This document shows positions 11,333 through 21,870 of a stretch of 64,000 nt of DNA, piece after piece (positions within the stretch are counted from its first letter, which is position 1; each line of letters opens with the position of its first letter). The stretch is from Paraspadella gotoi (Eukaryota; Animalia; Chaetognatha). A program made the translations under genes and the position numbers. The notes beneath the pieces were generated by a model. That model was not told the DNA's origin, searched no databases, and saw nothing but the letters and a program-made list of their open reading frames with translations. Where the stretch lies: NCBI GenBank assembly GCA_051294375.1, contig CM119266.1, positions 8,811,621 through 8,875,620 on the forward strand, written 5' to 3'.

Positions 11333-14019
11333 TCTTACTTCCTTAACCTCTTTCTCAACTATCTTGCTCGGCACGTATCTGTTTTTAGACACTGGTCGCC
11401 GCGAGCGGTGGAAGGTTGGTTCGACCCCGCCGCTGGTCACCGGGCGAGAAAGGTCGAGAGTGGTGAGCGTTCGTGATGGTGGTTTGGTGGTCGAAGGAAG
11501 GTGGTGGCCGGGCAATGGAGTGAAACGCGCCAACCGGTACAAAACACGAAAACAGCAAAACGATGCACGGCAGCGAAACTGCGCCAAGCAGCAAAGCAGC
11601 GGCAGAGCAGCGTTTGACTTCTATACTCATTCCTTTACTAATAGTCTCATACAATGTACATTATGATGATGGCTAAATAGAAACATGAGTAAAAGCAAAA
11701 AAATATTTCGATTAATTTCCAAAGATTCCTCACTCTCCGCCAGATGAGACTTATTACTAGTGATTCCAGATTCCAGATTCACGCTTTAAAAATGAATCAT
11801 TTTCCCGCCGAAGATTTCACTCAGATATTCTTGGCTTTGAGGGGGTTCCTCCTAAATCCGACCTGTCCATAAAGATCCTTTTTTTCTCGCAGTTAAACAC
11901 AGAAGTTCGGGTGTTTTTCTTCCAGCTGCAGAAACAACCGAGATCGATTCTTTGAGGTGAGTTAAAAAAACGGGTGAGTTTAAAAAACAAGCGGGACGGT
12001 AAGGAAAATGGGTTTGGGAAGGAAAGACATGCAAGACATGCAAGACAGACTCTGACAGGAACCTGACCAGTTGACGAAGACATTGCGATGAGATCGTTTT
12101 ATTTCGGTAGCGATTCCGAGGAGGAGCTGGAGTCATTTTACGAATTTCCTCTGACGGACAGTAATGGCAGATGCTGTTGTTAAGGTATTATTAAACCAAC
12201 ACAATGCTCACAGGTATGCTATCTTTTGAATCGATAACAATCCTGAATGATAGATGCCGTAGACAAGGTGTACCGTGAATGTATACATAAACTTTTACCC
12301 CGCTCGAAGCCGAAGCCATGAGTAAGACTTTTTCATTGCAAAGTTGGCACTGTCGAGCAAAGATTACCATATGGTATCATGGCCGCGTTATTTAACGCTG
12401 TACTAAAAAGATGGAACTCCAGTCGCCGATTAATGTCAGTCCGTCCCTCCGCCCCCGTTCCGTCCGTCGGTCCATCCTGGGCGATGACGAGGTGGAAAGG
12501 AAATAAGGAAGCGAGAACCAGGTCGGTGATTACGCCCCCCCCACCCTCTTCCCTCTTTTTCTCAAGCGCCGAGTGGAAGGAAGATAAAGAGATTAAGTTA
12601 AAATCTCGTGAGCTCTCAATCCAATTAGCTTTTTCTCCCCCTCATCCCCCCATTTTCTTTTTTTTTTTTAATCTGTACTCTTCAGATTTACAATGTAGTC
12701 CAGAGACGGGATCTTCTCTCTCTTTTTTTTTTCTCCTTAATTTCCTCCGAGGACCGAGACATCGAATGAGCCTTGATTAAAAATGCTTAATTGATTATGA
12801 ATGTAATTCGCTTTTATATAAATTTTTCTCACGCATTTTGACCTACCCTTTTCAATACGACCGTATTTGAGAAAGCAAGATGTAACTTTGAATTTAATTA
12901 GTTTTGAAAATTGATCCGTTTCAGCGTCATATTATTGCGTTTTAGAATAATCGTAATTAATGAACTGAGCATTTATTATTTTCTCATTTCATGTTTTCCC
13001 CTTTTTCCCCCTTCATTAATAAATTAGTTAATTAATTTATCGATTTATTCTTTAATTTCTTATCCACGATTCTTTTTCCCCCGAAGATTAAATCAAGACA
13101 TTTTTCTTTACCTTCATCAAGATCATTTATTATCTCCTTTTCAAAAACTAACTAACGACTATTAAATCTTATATTAATCTTCACGATTCACATCCTCACA
13201 GAATTAAAAAGAGATGAAAAAAAAAGGACCGACCGACCATAGATTAAAACCGTCGCGTGCGTAAAAAGTAAAAAAATAAAGATTTAATGAAACGAATTTA
13301 ATTAACTTTAACTGAACGAATTAAAAAACCAAACCGACAAATATAATTTTTTTGAAAATGACTAATTATAATTAATCGACGGAAAGGCAGACAGACAAAT
13401 AAAGATTAAAGAATAAAGATTAAACTAAATTAGGAATTTAATTAATTTTTAGGTTTGAAAAATAGGGTTAGGGTCAGGGATTACGTAAGGGATAAGGTTA
13501 GGGATTACGATTAGGGATCACGTCGGTCATTATGGTATTTGTTAAGGATTAAGGTCATGGGATTTATAAATTAGGGTTAGAATAGGGGTTAGAATAGGGG
13601 TCAAAATATGGTTAGAATAGAAGTTAGAATAGGGTTAGGATTAGGGTTAATGGATTTATGGGATTTATGGGATTTATTGGTTAGAGTTAGAAATTATAGA
13701 TTAAGGTTATAGGTTAAGGATTTGAGCTAATTATTCGAGTTAAAGATTGGGTATTAGATTAGAGTTAAAGATTGTGTTAAAATTAAGTTCAGGGATTAAA
13801 AAAATAGAGAAATAGAGCGCTTTATGAAAAGAGAGCCCTCCTGATCCTAATGGTCTTCTTTAAAGTTTTCTCCATAAATTTTCTAAATTTAATTCCGAAA
13901 ACGAACTTACCCATCCTCCGGAGAAAACCTGACCCGTTTACCTTAAAGTTGATCCCGGGGCCCATAAATTTCTGATGCTCTTTTCTCGTCGTCGTCATCG
14001 TCGTCGTCGTCGCCGCCAT
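1282..14019 (-). CDS. Dab: Disabled (Dab)-like adaptor protein with two tandem PTB domains, ~11 exons, roughly 500 aa
   Basis: Exons joined manually at GT..AG sites (5' to 3'): 14019-13942 MAATTTTMTTTRKEHQKFMGPGINFK; ~10198-10021 AKLVGIAE..GDEM.QQTLNSLKRV..QHK..IVINLTF (indels); ~8367-8244 VLDEKNKDDRIPHRMETVAFVCP..HAEDERVFCY..IASVGKG (2 frameshifts); 6670-6577; 5623-5434; 5200-5156; 4269-4172; 3827-3693; 3302-3078; 2779-2536; 1400-1282. Phases are consistent for all eight exons from 6670 downstream. Both halves align by eye to the Dab PTB pattern (GVRYKAKLIG..GDKLCQD..EHKQKI..DEK..RAFGY..AIKTAQ). Confidence 0.8.
1908..2192. mobile_element. Related Kolobok-like element end / short derivative in the last Dab intron
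   Basis: ~2080-2192 matches 31655-31769 (cccttaagcttatgatatcatttttatcactgggtcccc TTAA). A possible left end is TTAA AGGAGGCCCAGAC at 1904-1920, which is less certain. Confidence 0.6.
2536..2779 (-). CDS. Dab-like gene, PTB2 C-terminal exon (EPRGCGYIAETEGKYLFLGLKS...LQELIALSFEVK...)
   Basis: AAG acceptor after a T-tract, donor GTAGAA. Continues the PTB fold in frame. Confidence 0.85.
3078..3302 (-). CDS. Dab-like gene, PTB2 core exon (LVGAEDLGSNVGDKMKMCEDALERLK...HKVHQLVFIAFDVK)
   Basis: Acceptor gaacAG, donor GTCAGA, 75 codons. GC-rich island with clear Dab PTB similarity. Confidence 0.88.
3693..3827 (-). CDS. Dab-like gene, exon leading into PTB2 (QVETFG...KYNYGLEFRAK)
   Basis: Acceptor cctcAG, donor GTTGGA, 45 codons, phase 0/0. 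Confidence 0.8.
4172..4269 (-). CDS. Dab-like gene, linker exon (EDEAPTASAPASASATTPDPPNQRGMESSGESR)
   Basis: Acceptor ctcattcAG, donor GTAAGG, phase 1/0. Confidence 0.7.
5156..5200 (-). CDS. Dab-like gene, 45-nt linker exon (ESDSDEDLSKPPEEE)
   Basis: Acceptor aattcAG, donor GTGAAA. Phase 1/1 fits both neighbours. Confidence 0.65.
5434..5623 (-). CDS. Dab-like gene, linker exon (poly-T, poly-S)
   Basis: TAG/CAG tandem acceptor, open frame QMELSSNLLVDNPDQ...RVPPSSSS, phase-1 donor GTTGTT. Confidence 0.65.
5653..6565. repeat. ~0.9 kb imperfect (CT)n microsatellite filling a Dab-gene intron
   Basis: Seen directly. One of dozens of (CT/GA)n tracts in the window. Confidence 0.95.
6577..6670 (-). 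CDS. Dab-like gene, exon encoding the PTB1 C-terminal strand and helix (KHFLYAVKTAQPATACVNGIGELITAIMERK)
   Basis: Acceptor tttgtttcAG, donor GTGAGA. Resembles Dab [30 protein letters not shown]. Confidence 0.8.
8244..8367 (-). CDS. Dab-like gene, PTB1 exon (frameshifted in this assembly)
   Basis: VLDEK..PH..VAFVCP / DERVFCY / IASVGK-GG|gtaaaa. The phase-2 donor joins the next exon to give GKHFLYAVKTA. Confidence 0.65.
10021..10198 (-). CDS. Dab-like gene, PTB1 exon (frameshifted in this assembly)
   Basis: Acceptor cattcccAG, then GCC AAA CTG GTC GGT ATC = AKLVGI. Recognisable GDEM/CQQTLNSLK/QHK segments lie in shifting frames. The 3' boundary is approximate. Confidence 0.65.
13450..13838. 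repeat. Degenerate TTAGGG/GGTTAG-rich tract ending in the same TIR motif
   Basis: Many tagggtta/ggttag units. Ends aaatagagcgctttatgaaaagagagccc. Confidence 0.55.
13942..14019 (-). CDS. Dab-like gene, probable first coding exon (MAATTTTMTTTRKEHQKFMGPGINFK)
   Basis: Start context aaaATGGCG, 26 codons, donor GTAAAC. KFMGPGINFK|AKLVG matches Dab RFKGEGVRYKAKLIG. Confidence 0.7.
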
Positions 14020-14510
14020 TTTTCTTTTCAATGAGAGGTTTTTATTTTTTTTAATTAACTCCGTTGTTTAAAAGTTTTTAACAAAACAAAAGTGAGATTA
14101 AAGTAATTAATTAAAGTGCTACGTTCGTCGTTTTCGTCGTAACTTATCAACGCCCTCTCTTTATCTTTTTATTTAATTTTAATCTCTCTCGTTCTTTAGC
14201 CTTTATCGATGTTGAAGATAATGGATAATTTGAAAGTTAATCTTACTTTTTTATTTAAGGATCGAATCTTGAAGATTTAACTATTCGTTATCTCAGATTT
14301 TGACTTGTTTCTTACAAGGTGATCTTAAAATTTGGTTTTGAATGTCCACTGATTAAGTTTGCTTTCTCGCGATATATAAAATTATCGAAGCTCCAATAGT
14401 GATTTTCTAATGAGGCGAAATACCAAGGCTTTACCAAAGTGCTTTCTTATGTTCTTAAATTTCTTTTTTTTTTTTTGGCTAAACCTAAACGAGTTATCCG
14501 GTGAGTCAGT

Positions 14511-14546
<36 letters not shown>

Positions 14547-14817
14547 AGACAGACAGAACAGAACGGACAGACAGAGGGATAGAGAGAGAATCATCATCTT
14601 CAAGCTTCTTTTATCTTAATTGTTTGACTATCCTTAATGTTTCTCTTCTCTCTACGAGATAGAAATTTTCGTGATGAAGAAAACAAATAATAAAAAAAAA
14701 AGAGAAAAAACAATGATGTCAGAGTTTCTTCTGACTCGAGAGAGTCAGGCCTCACGTTCGTAAATCAAACTCCCTTCGGCGTTTGTGACAAAAAACAATT
14801 AGAAGAGGCGCTGGCGG

Positions 14818-14849
<32 letters not shown>

Positions 14850-14871
14850 TCTCTCTCTCTCTCTCTCTCTC

Positions 14872-14909
<38 letters not shown>

Positions 14910-15173
14910 TTCATTCTAACGGATTCGCCGAAGAGGAAATGCTTTATGGCGAAGGAGGTCTAAGTCGCATGGGGATGACATGGGGATGACATGGGACATG
15001 AGGTTGTTGTGGAATTACCATGGAAACGAGCGGTGGAACCCCGGGAACGACAACGATGACAAAACTAACAATTACCACAACAACAACAACAAAAGTTGGT
15101 TGCGTCGCTACTGCAATCGAACTCAGTGAAAAACCGGGAAGCAATGAAAGCCTTGATGATTTGTTTTAGGTTT

Positions 15174-15205
<32 letters not shown>

Positions 15206-15236
15206 ATCTTTCTTTTTCTTTCTTTCTTTCTTTCTT

Positions 15237-15281
<45 letters not shown>

Positions 15282-15599
15282 TCTCTCTCTCTCCCTCTCT
15301 TCTCTCTCTCTCCATTTAAAAAACACAAACACGATTCAACCCAAAAAAAACAAAAGGACGCCCTCCCGACGCGACACATTCTCCGTCGTTTCGCTTCGCC
15401 ATTCTTATCTTTTCAGGTCTTTTAAAGAGAGACTTTATGCTTAATGGAGGAGTTGAAAAGAGGCCATGATTTTCTCGCCTAATGGGGGTCGGGGGCAGTT
15501 TATCCCTTTTTTTTTTCTTTTCGGTCAAGAGATGTTCCCTCTTCAAGGGCAAGCGAATGAAGGGAGGATAGGGGGAGGATAGAAGGAGGATAGAGAGGG

Positions 15600-15805
15600 T
15601 GTGACGGTCCTCAGCCTTGTCTCATATCTCTTCGTATAAACTGTGCGTCCCGGGTTCAATCCCTGGGTATCCCAGTTCTGACTAAACGTGACTGGATCGT
15701 TTTAAACATTCCATTGACAGGAGGCGGTCACTGTGGGTCCACACTCGCTGTGTTGAGATACCCCGCGCACTGGGTATCACCGTCAATCCCACCTTTGCCA
15801 TAAGG
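15600..15805 (+). mobile_element. Possible degenerate tRNA-derived SINE fragment
   Basis: T-arm/B-box-like hairpin cccgggTTCAATccctggg at ~15649-15667 in a unique GC-balanced island. No full cloverleaf. Confidence 0.3.
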
Positions 15806-16395
15806 AAAATGAAAGGGAGACAAAGCGAAATATTAGACTAAAATGAGAGATTGTAATTGTGAATTTAATAGACGTTATGGTCGTTGTTCTTCATTACCAA
15901 AAAATGCCAGTAATTATGCTCACGAAATGTGTATAAATAAAGGCGATGAGGAGGAGGGGCTTCGCCTCCTGCATCTTCTTCCTCCCCATTCCTCTTCCTC
16001 ACGGGGCTCGTTGATTTTCACGATTTCACTTTTTCACCTTTCTCCCATTGTTCTTACATTTTGCTGATTACTGGACGCCTCTCTCTCAATAAACGCTTTA
16101 CCTTTTATTTCCCGTTCTATTATTTCACGAGGATACTTATTCCAAGGAAAGGTACTATAACATCACAAAATATAATATTTTGTAATATCTATAGATGCAG
16201 AGCGAGACAAATACGTAAAGCAACGCAGTGTGAAGTCAAAAGAAGGAAACTGGCGCAGTGAGATAAATGACAGGAAAGAAAAATCAGACAAGAAATCCAT
16301 GGCGAAAAAAAAGAAAGAAAAAATTAGGAAAATGAAGAAATTGGGAGAAATAAAAAGGAAGAGAAAAGGAGAAAAGAAAAAGAATAGTAAAAGAA

Positions 16396-16443
<48 letters not shown>

Positions 16444-17152
16444 ACAGAAAGAACAGAAAGAACAGAAAGAACAGAAACCAACCTAAAAAAATATTAAAAG
16501 AATGATAAAAAGAAACGGAAAAGTAGATTAACCAAAAAAACAATTAAAAAAGAATAAAAACCAAAGTGGAAAAATAAGAGAGAGAATGTAAGAAATAAAA
16601 ATAAGAAAAAGACGTTTAAAAAAAAAAAAGGAAAAAAAAAAAAAAAAGAAGAAAAGGCGAAGCAACAATTCATCTTCGCTGCGTCACGAGCAGATCTCCT
16701 TTTTTTGGAGGAAAGCAAATTGAGGTGATCGTGGTGGGCGGAGGAGGAGGAGGAGGAGGAGGAGGAGGAGGAGGAGGAGGAGGGGATTGGAGGGAGTGGA
16801 GGGGTGTGGAGGGTGAAGCCGAAGACGATAGGAAAGTCGTAGGTCGACCAACCACTTGTGTTTATAGAAATGTTTGGGAAGATACTACACTTACTACAGT
16901 ATGTCGTTTTAATCCCCAAATAATGTAGAGAATGATAAAATAACCAATGAATGGTAAATAATGAATAATAAATAATAAATGAAGTTCTTTTACGACGATC
17001 CAATTCCGGATGCCGAGAACGAGAACGGTTTCAACAAGCGAGGGTAGAGAAGCTATATTTCCCTATCATGTGGTTCAGAGTCTTCCATCTCTCTCTCTCT
17101 TTCTCTCTCTCTCCTGTCCTCTCTCTTCTCTCTCTCTCTCTCTCCTCTCTCT

Positions 17153-17205
<53 letters not shown>

Positions 17206-17966
17206 TATTAATCCTCAATTTTTTCCCGCGATTTTTTCATTCTCGGATCGAGGTCGACTCCATATGAGAAAGATCCCTGGTCCCTCTGAAGGGCGAAGAC
17301 CGAAACTCGGCTCGCGGTTCGAACAAAAGGTCAAGGGCCATGGTCGAGAGAAGAGAGAGGAGGAGAGAGAGGAGAGGAGGAAGGAGAGAGAGAGAGAGAG
17401 AGGAGAGAGAGAAGAGGGAGAGAAGAGAGAGAAGGAGGGAAAAGCAGCTTGTGGAAGTGTGGAGGAGGAAAGAGGGAGAGAATAAAACCAAAAACTATGG
17501 GAAAGGGAAAAGCGGAAAAGAAAAATTTTCGGGAAAAAAATTAGCCTCTATATCGTTTTTGCTTCTTCCTTTCTTTATTTATTTCTTTTTCTTTTTCTCT
17601 TTTACTTCATTTCTTATTTTTCTCTTCTTTTTGTCCTTCGTACCAAGTTATTCTATCGAAATAATCCAATTCGTTATAAAGAACCAAATCATCGACACAA
17701 ACTAAATATTTTTCACTGACGTCAACTTGGATGCGCAAATCGATTGACGTCAACGAAAGATTGACGTAAAAGTGACGTGTGGTCGTATGATGTGCGTCAA
17801 AGTGGCTCTCACTGATGAGACAATATTTATTGATTAATATGTCAACTGATCGGATTTTTTTGCACTGACGCATGAAGCACAAGAACAGAACATTGTAAAT
17901 ATGTGTTGGATAGAGAACATATTACGAAAAAATAAAAGAACGCGTAGGCTCTGGGTGTCAGCGTGA

Positions 17967-18026
<60 letters not shown>

Positions 18027-18579
18027 AAAAGGCGGGAGGTAAAATTTCTTTTGGTGTTTTAGTATCTTAAAACTCATGAATATTAAAGGAGATTCTGTTG
18101 TTCTCTTGTTCGACGACAGCGCGAATGCAAATGGCGACGCAGAAAGAAGAAAAAAAATTAGTGAAACCGTCGGTCGACCGGTGGAGGCTCTTTGGAAAAA
18201 GAGCTTGATTGGAATAGATTAATTAAACTTAGATTCAACTCCGATGATTAGATTAATTTAGATGATTAGATTAATTGAACTTAGATTAAACTCCGATGAA
18301 AGGCCACATTGGAATATAACATCGAAATAACAATGAAAGGCCAATTTGAATTTTAACGTTTCAATAATAAAAATGTTTTTTTGTTTTCTGATCAAGCCGA
18401 AAAGGAATAGATGTTTGCAATAACTTTAATCTACGTTTTTACGTATAGACTAGAGTCTATGACTACGACATGATGTGATCGCCCTTCGATGCCAATCTTT
18501 CACGAAGTTAAACTTCTCTCACTTCACTCAAGATCAGGCAACTCGAGGAGATTCACCATTTCACAAGTTCTGTGAGGCC

Positions 18580-18662
18580 AAAGTCGTCGTCGTCGTCGTC
18601 GTCGTCGTCGTAGTGGTCGTCGTGTTAGTCGTTTTTCGTACTTTGTTTTATTTTGTCCCTGC

Positions 18663-18731
<69 letters not shown>

Positions 18732-18732
18732 T

Positions 18733-18772
<40 letters not shown>

Positions 18773-18837
18773 GCATCAACGTCTTTCTCATCATTACGGT
18801 CACGCTCTCCATTTTGTCCTTTTCTGTCATCTTTACT

Positions 18838-18873
<36 letters not shown>

Positions 18874-20650
18874 TCATTGTTGATTCCATTATCAAGATCC
18901 TTTTCGCGGTCTTCGTCGTCGTCGTCGTCGTCGTCGTCAACTTCATAAATGTCACAGCTTTCGCCGCCGCCACCAATACGACCACCGCCTCCGCCGCTGC
19001 AGCCGCTTCCTCCGCCTTCCGCCGCCAACCTCCACCGTCTCTGCTGCTGCCGCTCCTTCCTCCGCCGCCAGTCGTCGGTCTGCCGCCGCCAGCCGCCAGC
19101 CGCCGCTTTCGTCTCCGTCTTTTTTAAAATTTAAATTTAATCGTCCAAAGTCTAGTTTTTTTTTCTTCATCTTTTTCTCTTTTAATTTTCTTCCTTTTGT
19201 TTTTTTTATTCATTTAAACTTTTCCTTTTATAATTTATATCTCATCGCCTTTTAGTTGAGTCCCCAGTACTAACTTTCACAACTTACACATTTGGAAAAA
19301 GGAATTCATTTTTTTAATATTATATATAATATATGTATATATTAAAGCGCCATGTAAGATTGTCTTTTAAAAACATGTTGTATACTTGTTACAGGAACAG
19401 AAAATTGATGTCTTAATTGACTCGCGTAAAATTAGATCGATGATATTTGGCCAACAAACGATATATTTGGAGAGATATTTAGATAGATATAATTGTTCTA
19501 GAAAAAATTTTAATTCCTTATATATATTTAAATGACCATCTAAAGATCCAATTTGGGAATTATCGTTCATTGCTTGCCGCTTTTGGGTGTCGTTTATGTT
19601 TATGGATGGTGGGACTATTTAAAATAGTTACGGTCAATAGAAACTGTTGTAAACAATTTACTGATTAATTGGTCATTTAGACCATTTTGGATGCAAAATT
19701 CCGATGACAAGTTCTCTCGTCGTCGTCATCATCGTCATAGTCTTTGCTGTCATCGTCATCATCTTAGTCTTCGTCGTCGTCTTCGTGGGTCTCAGTCGTC
19801 GTCATTATAGGAGTCGTCATCGTCGTCTTATTCTTCGTCGTCGTCTTCATCGTCGTCGTCCTTGTCATCGTCGTAGTCATCTTCTTTGCGCCTTCATCGT
19901 CGTCGTCGTCGTCGTCATCGTCCTCATCGTCTATATCCCTCCCTTCCGTACATTTGCTCCAGAATTCTTAACCTCGGTGCAAAAATATCCCAGACTTTAC
20001 CTTGAAAATCTTTTCCCGCTGCGAAGTCGTCTGGAAAAGATCCACGACGACGACGAAGATGACGACGACGATGACGATGGCGACGACGACGCTGACGATG
20101 GCGACGATGACTATGGCGACGATGATGACGACGACGCTGACGATGGCGACGATGACTATGGCGACCACGATGACGACGACGACGAAAATGACGACGACAA
20201 CGACGTCGACGAGGCATCAATCGATTTGACGACGAAAACCCTGATTTTGAAATTGCGAGAGGGAAATCAATTTTCTGTTCCTTTCTTTTCTTTTCTTTTC
20301 TTTTCTGTTCTGTTCTGTTCTGTTCTGTTCTGTTCTGTTCTGTTCTGTTCTTTTCTTTTCTTTTCTTTTCTTTTCTTTTCTTTTCTTTTCTTTTCTTTTC
20401 TTTTCTTTTCTTCTTTTCTTTTCTTTTCGTCCTTCTCTCAACATTATTTCAGCTACGGACGTTTCTCGTTTTCAGGTCCTTTCGTCAGGTCACCGACGAG
20501 ACGACGACGACGACGACGACGACAACTAAGACCACAGAATCTGGCAAACTCAAGAAACAGTCCGCTGACCCTTGAAAGCGCCTCAGTTTTCTCACGTCAC
20601 GGAGTGGCCGGGAGAAAAACGACGACGACGACGACGACGACGACGACGTG
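18580..20650. repeat. Cluster of microsatellites: (GTC)n, (ATC)n, (GCC)n, (GAC/GAT)n, (TTCTG)n, (TTTTC)n
   Basis: Seen directly. Confidence 0.9.
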
Positions 20651-21563
20651 AAATGATTAGCATCGTCGTCGTTGTTGTGGTCACTATCTTCTTTGCCACA
20701 CTGTGGATTCCATGTCATGTGCATCATCCATCGGGGCGTCTTCGTCGTTATCATTGTCAGTATCATTATCAGTCTTCAGATTCGTATTCTTTATCATCGT
20801 CATCGGCGACACAAAGATTAGTTAATTCAAATTAAATATAATTCTTATATTAGTTATATCGTTTATATAGTAATACCACGGCTCCTCGTATTTTGATATT
20901 AGGGCAAAAGTACAATTTTATTTCTCCATCTAAATAAAACTGGAAGAGGGATGGTTTTAATTAGCGTAATTCATAAATATATTTAGTGTAAGAGAACTTA
21001 ACATGGCACGCTTTTGCTCTTCCGCTTTTTGTCAATATCTTTTAGATAGTTATGTAGTTGTCATGAGCTGTTTTTCAGGTTTTTCAAGAATTTTAATTCT
21101 GATTAAACAAGAGACAAAGAACAAAAATAACAGAGAATTAAAGAGGAAGTGGTTACATTTTTTTTCCCTTCGAAACCTTTTTTTTTTCATTGAGTTTTCG
21201 GTTGCTTTTCGACGAAGATTTTTTTTATTTGTATGAATTGTTATGTCTACCAAACGACGTGTTTTTTTCTGAAAGATTTAGGACAAAGTCCAACTATGTT
21301 TTATATTTTTTCAACTTTGATCATTTTTTTACATTTATTTGAAGTTCAAAAACTGTCAAAGATTGTTATATTAATGTTAACTAGAGGTAACTAATAACTA
21401 ATTCAATAACTTTCGCTGATTAAAAAAATATTACAAACTAATATTTAAATGGGCGACTAAAAAAAAAACTCGAAAATACCAAATCGCTCGTCAGACTTGA
21501 TCATTCATCTCTTTGCTTTTCAATTTTACTACAGCCAAACACAAAATACTCTAACACCCCGAG

Positions 21564-21870
21564 ATGCGTTACGCCATCTTGATTCTCCTCGTCGCTTCCG
21601 GCGCATGCGCAACTCTCGCGCGCAAATACGAGCCGACCTGGGAGTCCATCGACTCGCGCCCTCTGCCGGCGTGGTTCGACGAAGCCAAGATCGGCGTCTT
21701 TCTCAATTTCGGCGTCTTTAACGTCCCCAGTTACGGCAACGAATTCTTTTGGAAATCTTGGCACGACGGATTCCCGTTGCACGTGAAGTTCATGAAGAAG
21801 AATTACAGGCCCGACTTTACTTACGCCGACTTTGCGGAGATGTACAGGGCGGAACTGTATAATGCGGACG
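21564..21870 (+). CDS. Alpha-L-fucosidase exon 1
   Basis: Signal peptide MRYAILILLVASGACATLA, then [16 protein letters not shown]. Donor GTGGGT, phase 1. Confidence 0.95.

Noticed and set aside
11231-12530. GC-rich islands with possible splice sites inside the first Dab intron
   Set aside because: Not needed for the PTB frame (13942 joins 10198 directly) and no recognisable product. Left unassigned.
19704-20651. 315-aa ORF with poly-V, poly-D and FSFL repeats
   Set aside because: Made of adjacent tri- and pentanucleotide repeats lacking stops; no domain.
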